From NCBI GenBank assembly GCA_965649765.1, contig OZ287758.1, positions 42,470,001-42,534,000 of the forward strand: a stretch of 64,000 bases of DNA. The letters run 5' to 3'. The DNA comes from Bispira polyomma. Taxonomy: Eukaryota. Below are positions 61,440 to 64,000 of this stretch, one piece after another; positions within the stretch are counted from its first letter, which is position 1, and each line of letters starts with the position of its first letter. Both the position numbers and the translations under genes were made by a program. The notes under the pieces were generated by a model. That model was not told the DNA's origin, made no database searches, and saw only the letters and a program-made list of their open reading frames with translations.

Positions 61440-63177
61440 GGACTAATGACAGAGCATATGGTTTCATTACCCAAGATGATCTTAATTATTCATTCAATGG
61501 ACCTGACAAGAAACCAGTGGACATAAATACATATAAGAAATTGAAAGAAGTAAGTGACATAATAAGGAATACAGGAGTAGAAAACTACAAAGTAGCAAGA
61601 ATTCCTGTTAGGTCAGGTTTGAATATACATAATTGGTAAAAATACTTACTATGACGACCAATTACTAATTCAATATTTGGAATTCGGTTTACCGATACCA
61701 TTATATGACAGAAACAGACTAAATACAAAGAACATTACTAATCACTACTCAGCGACGGCTCACCCTGATTACATAGATAAATACTTTGATACAGAAATAA
61801 GTAAAGAGACAATAATAGGACCAATTGACGTAGATATACATACAGAATTTCATTGCTCACCACTGTTAACAAGACCTAAGGACAATAACCAAAGACGACT
61901 TATTCTAAATTTATCTCATCCCATAGGAGCTTCAGTAAATGACTGCACTCATAAGGAGACATATGACAAAATCAACTTCCAATTAAAACTACCAACAACA
62001 GATCAGATAGTTGACCATATAGAACAAATAGGGGACTCAGCACTGTTAGCAAAGGTGGACAGAGCCCACGCGTTCAGAAATTTAAAAGTTGATCCGTATG
62101 ATAGTCTAAAACTAGGATACCAGTGGAACGAAAAGTACTATATTGATCAGAGCTGGACGTTCGGCCTGACGCATGGAACGGCGGTATTCATGTGAGTCTC
62201 AGATGCAATAACATATATAATGAATAAGAATGGTTTCAAAGTGTTCAACTATATCGAAGATTTTATCATTTGTGAGACACAAAATAAAGCCCATCGAGCA
62301 TATGAACTATTACAAAAGATATTAAGAGACGTTGGTTTACCGATAAATGAGAAAAAGCTAGTTGCACCAGCAAAAAGAGTCACATGCATGGGCATTACGA
62401 TTGATATTAAGAACAACACACTAAGTATCGATGACGATAAGTTGAAATCAATACATGAAACATGTGTGGCATTTAAACATCTTAAGAAGGTGACAAAGCA
62501 TAAACACCAGTCATTACTGGGAAAACTGCTATACATACGACGCTGTATAAAATCATCTCGAGTCTTTATGAATCGTATGTTGAAAGTATTGAGAGATCAT
62601 ACAAGTCAAAAAATGATATACCTGACTGAAGAATTTAAGAAAGACCTGAACTGGTTTCTGCAATTTCTGATTCAATTTAACGGAACAACGAGTTATAAAG
62701 CAAAAGACAGAAATGCAGAAATTCTTTTACACGTCGATGCATGCTTAGAGGGCATTGAAGGTATTGCAGATGAACACGTGTTCACTGCTCCACTCCCACA
62801 CTGGATAAAACAAGATCTATCCATTGTGCACTTCGAAATGATCAGCATACTTATTGCATTTAAATTATGGGCGCATAAATGGACAGACAAATTAGTAAAA
62901 ATAAAATCAGATAATGCAGCTGTGGTCTCTATAGTTCAGTCTTCAAAAACCAGAGACACATGTATCAGCACATGTTTAAGGAATCTATGGCTAATATGTG
63001 CTACATATAACATAGAAATCATTATAGAACACATTGCAGGAAAAAAGAACATTTTGGCTGATACATTATCAAGATGATTTAGGGATTTATATAGAACAAA
63101 TTAAAACAATTATAGAAAAACAGTTTAATATGGAAAAAGTGCCTATTGAAATGTTTATTCTAAATGACAACATATAA
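61440..63177 (+). pseudogene. Reverse transcriptase / RNase H (disrupted)
   Basis: HCSPLLTRPKD...RRLILNLSHP, LAKVDRAHAFRNL, FGLTHG, FNYIEDF (YxDD altered), MGITID; RNase H HVDACLEG, HFEM, IKSDN, EHIAGKKNILADTLSR; stops at 61637, 62193 and 63075. Confidence 0.92.
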
Positions 63178-63183
63178 TTTCAG

Positions 63184-64000
63184 GTACACCCAAGACACTA
63201 CAGCCACTAGTACATAAAGCCATAAAAAGAATAGGAGACAGCCATAGACCACGGACGAACAGACAATACGACAGCCACATGAGACTTTACATGGCATTTA
63301 TAGTTTATCACAAGATTCAGCATGCATTCAATTTCTGTACAGTTCTGGGTTTCTTAGAATACCTACAACAGAATGGCATATCATATAAGGTCATTAACAA
63401 CTATTTGACCTCAATCAAATATCAGGCGCAACGTCTGAATATCACAGACTCTCAGCTTTATGACCCAAGAATAACTTTGTATCAAAGATCTTTAGTACTA
63501 AATAGTACTTTCAAACCCACACCAAAAGGAATTTTTGACCTCAAACACTTACACACAATTTCCAGACAATGTCAGCTAACTACATTCCCAGAACTGTACA
63601 GAACTGCATTCTTATTTGCATTTTTTGGATTTCTCAGGATTTCAAACCTTACACCTCAGTCACTTACCACTTTTGACCCAACAAGACACATTACACGATC
63701 AGATGTGATATTCGAAAAGCCAGGAATACACTTGATACTAAAATGGTCAAAAACAAACCAAAATAGGACAGAACATGACGTAATACAATTACCTACCCTG
63801 AGAAATCCCTGGCTCTGCCCAGTAACAGCAGCAAAAGCACTAATGAATAAATATCCATTACAAGGTCAAGCACCATTACTAGCAAATCCTCACAATGGAG
63901 GTAAATGTGTCACAGATACACAACTTAGAACAGTATTAAGAATGATACTAACCAGAAGCAACATACCTCACACAGGTCACTCCTTTCATTGTTTTCGAAG
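63184..64000 (+). CDS. Tyrosine recombinase of the retrotransposon (3'-partial; absent from the ORF track)
   Basis: Open to the window end: ...HRPRTNRQYDSH...YRTAFLFAFFGFLRISNL (box I Arg)...LILKWSKTNQ (Lys)...WLCPVTA...GHSFHCFR (HxxR). Confidence 0.92.

Larger units (their letters stand above)
58450..64000 (+). mobile_element. DIRS-order (Ngaro-like) tyrosine-recombinase retrotransposon, degenerate, runs off the window end
   Basis: Order gag-like, RT, RNase H, YR on one strand; no integrase, protease or methyltransferase seen; the 5' boundary is approximate. Confidence 0.92.

Overview
AT-rich, intron-containing eukaryotic DNA, most like an invertebrate animal; the species cannot be determined. 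(1) 1.9-28.9 kb, + strand: the 3' ~4,100 codons of a giant mucin-like secreted glycoprotein gene, reconstructed by hand as 26 phase-consistent GT-AG exons; its 5' end lies upstream of the window. It alternates ~140-aa Cys-bounded beta-rich domains (14 visible, most like very divergent discoidin/F5-8C, galactose-binding-like modules) with Pro-Thr tracts of 68 to ~1,000 aa. Its middle is five near-identical tandem copies of a three-exon/three-intron block with nested minisatellite expansions. (2) 29-50 kb: intergenic/intronic DNA with tRNA-derived SINEs, L2/CR1-group LINE 3' fragments and MITEs. (3) 50.6-55.7 kb, + strand: a single coding exon for a ~1,669-aa, largely disordered protein. It has a PPP1R3-like PP1-docking (RVxF) motif and a Cys/His repeat, and is probably preceded by a multi-exon, uORF-bearing 5' UTR. 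Two HINE-like repeats flank it. (4) 58.5-64 kb: a degenerate DIRS-order (Ngaro-like) tyrosine-recombinase retrotransposon whose YR ORF may be joined in frame to gag by splicing. All family assignments come from motif recognition by eye; no database search was run.
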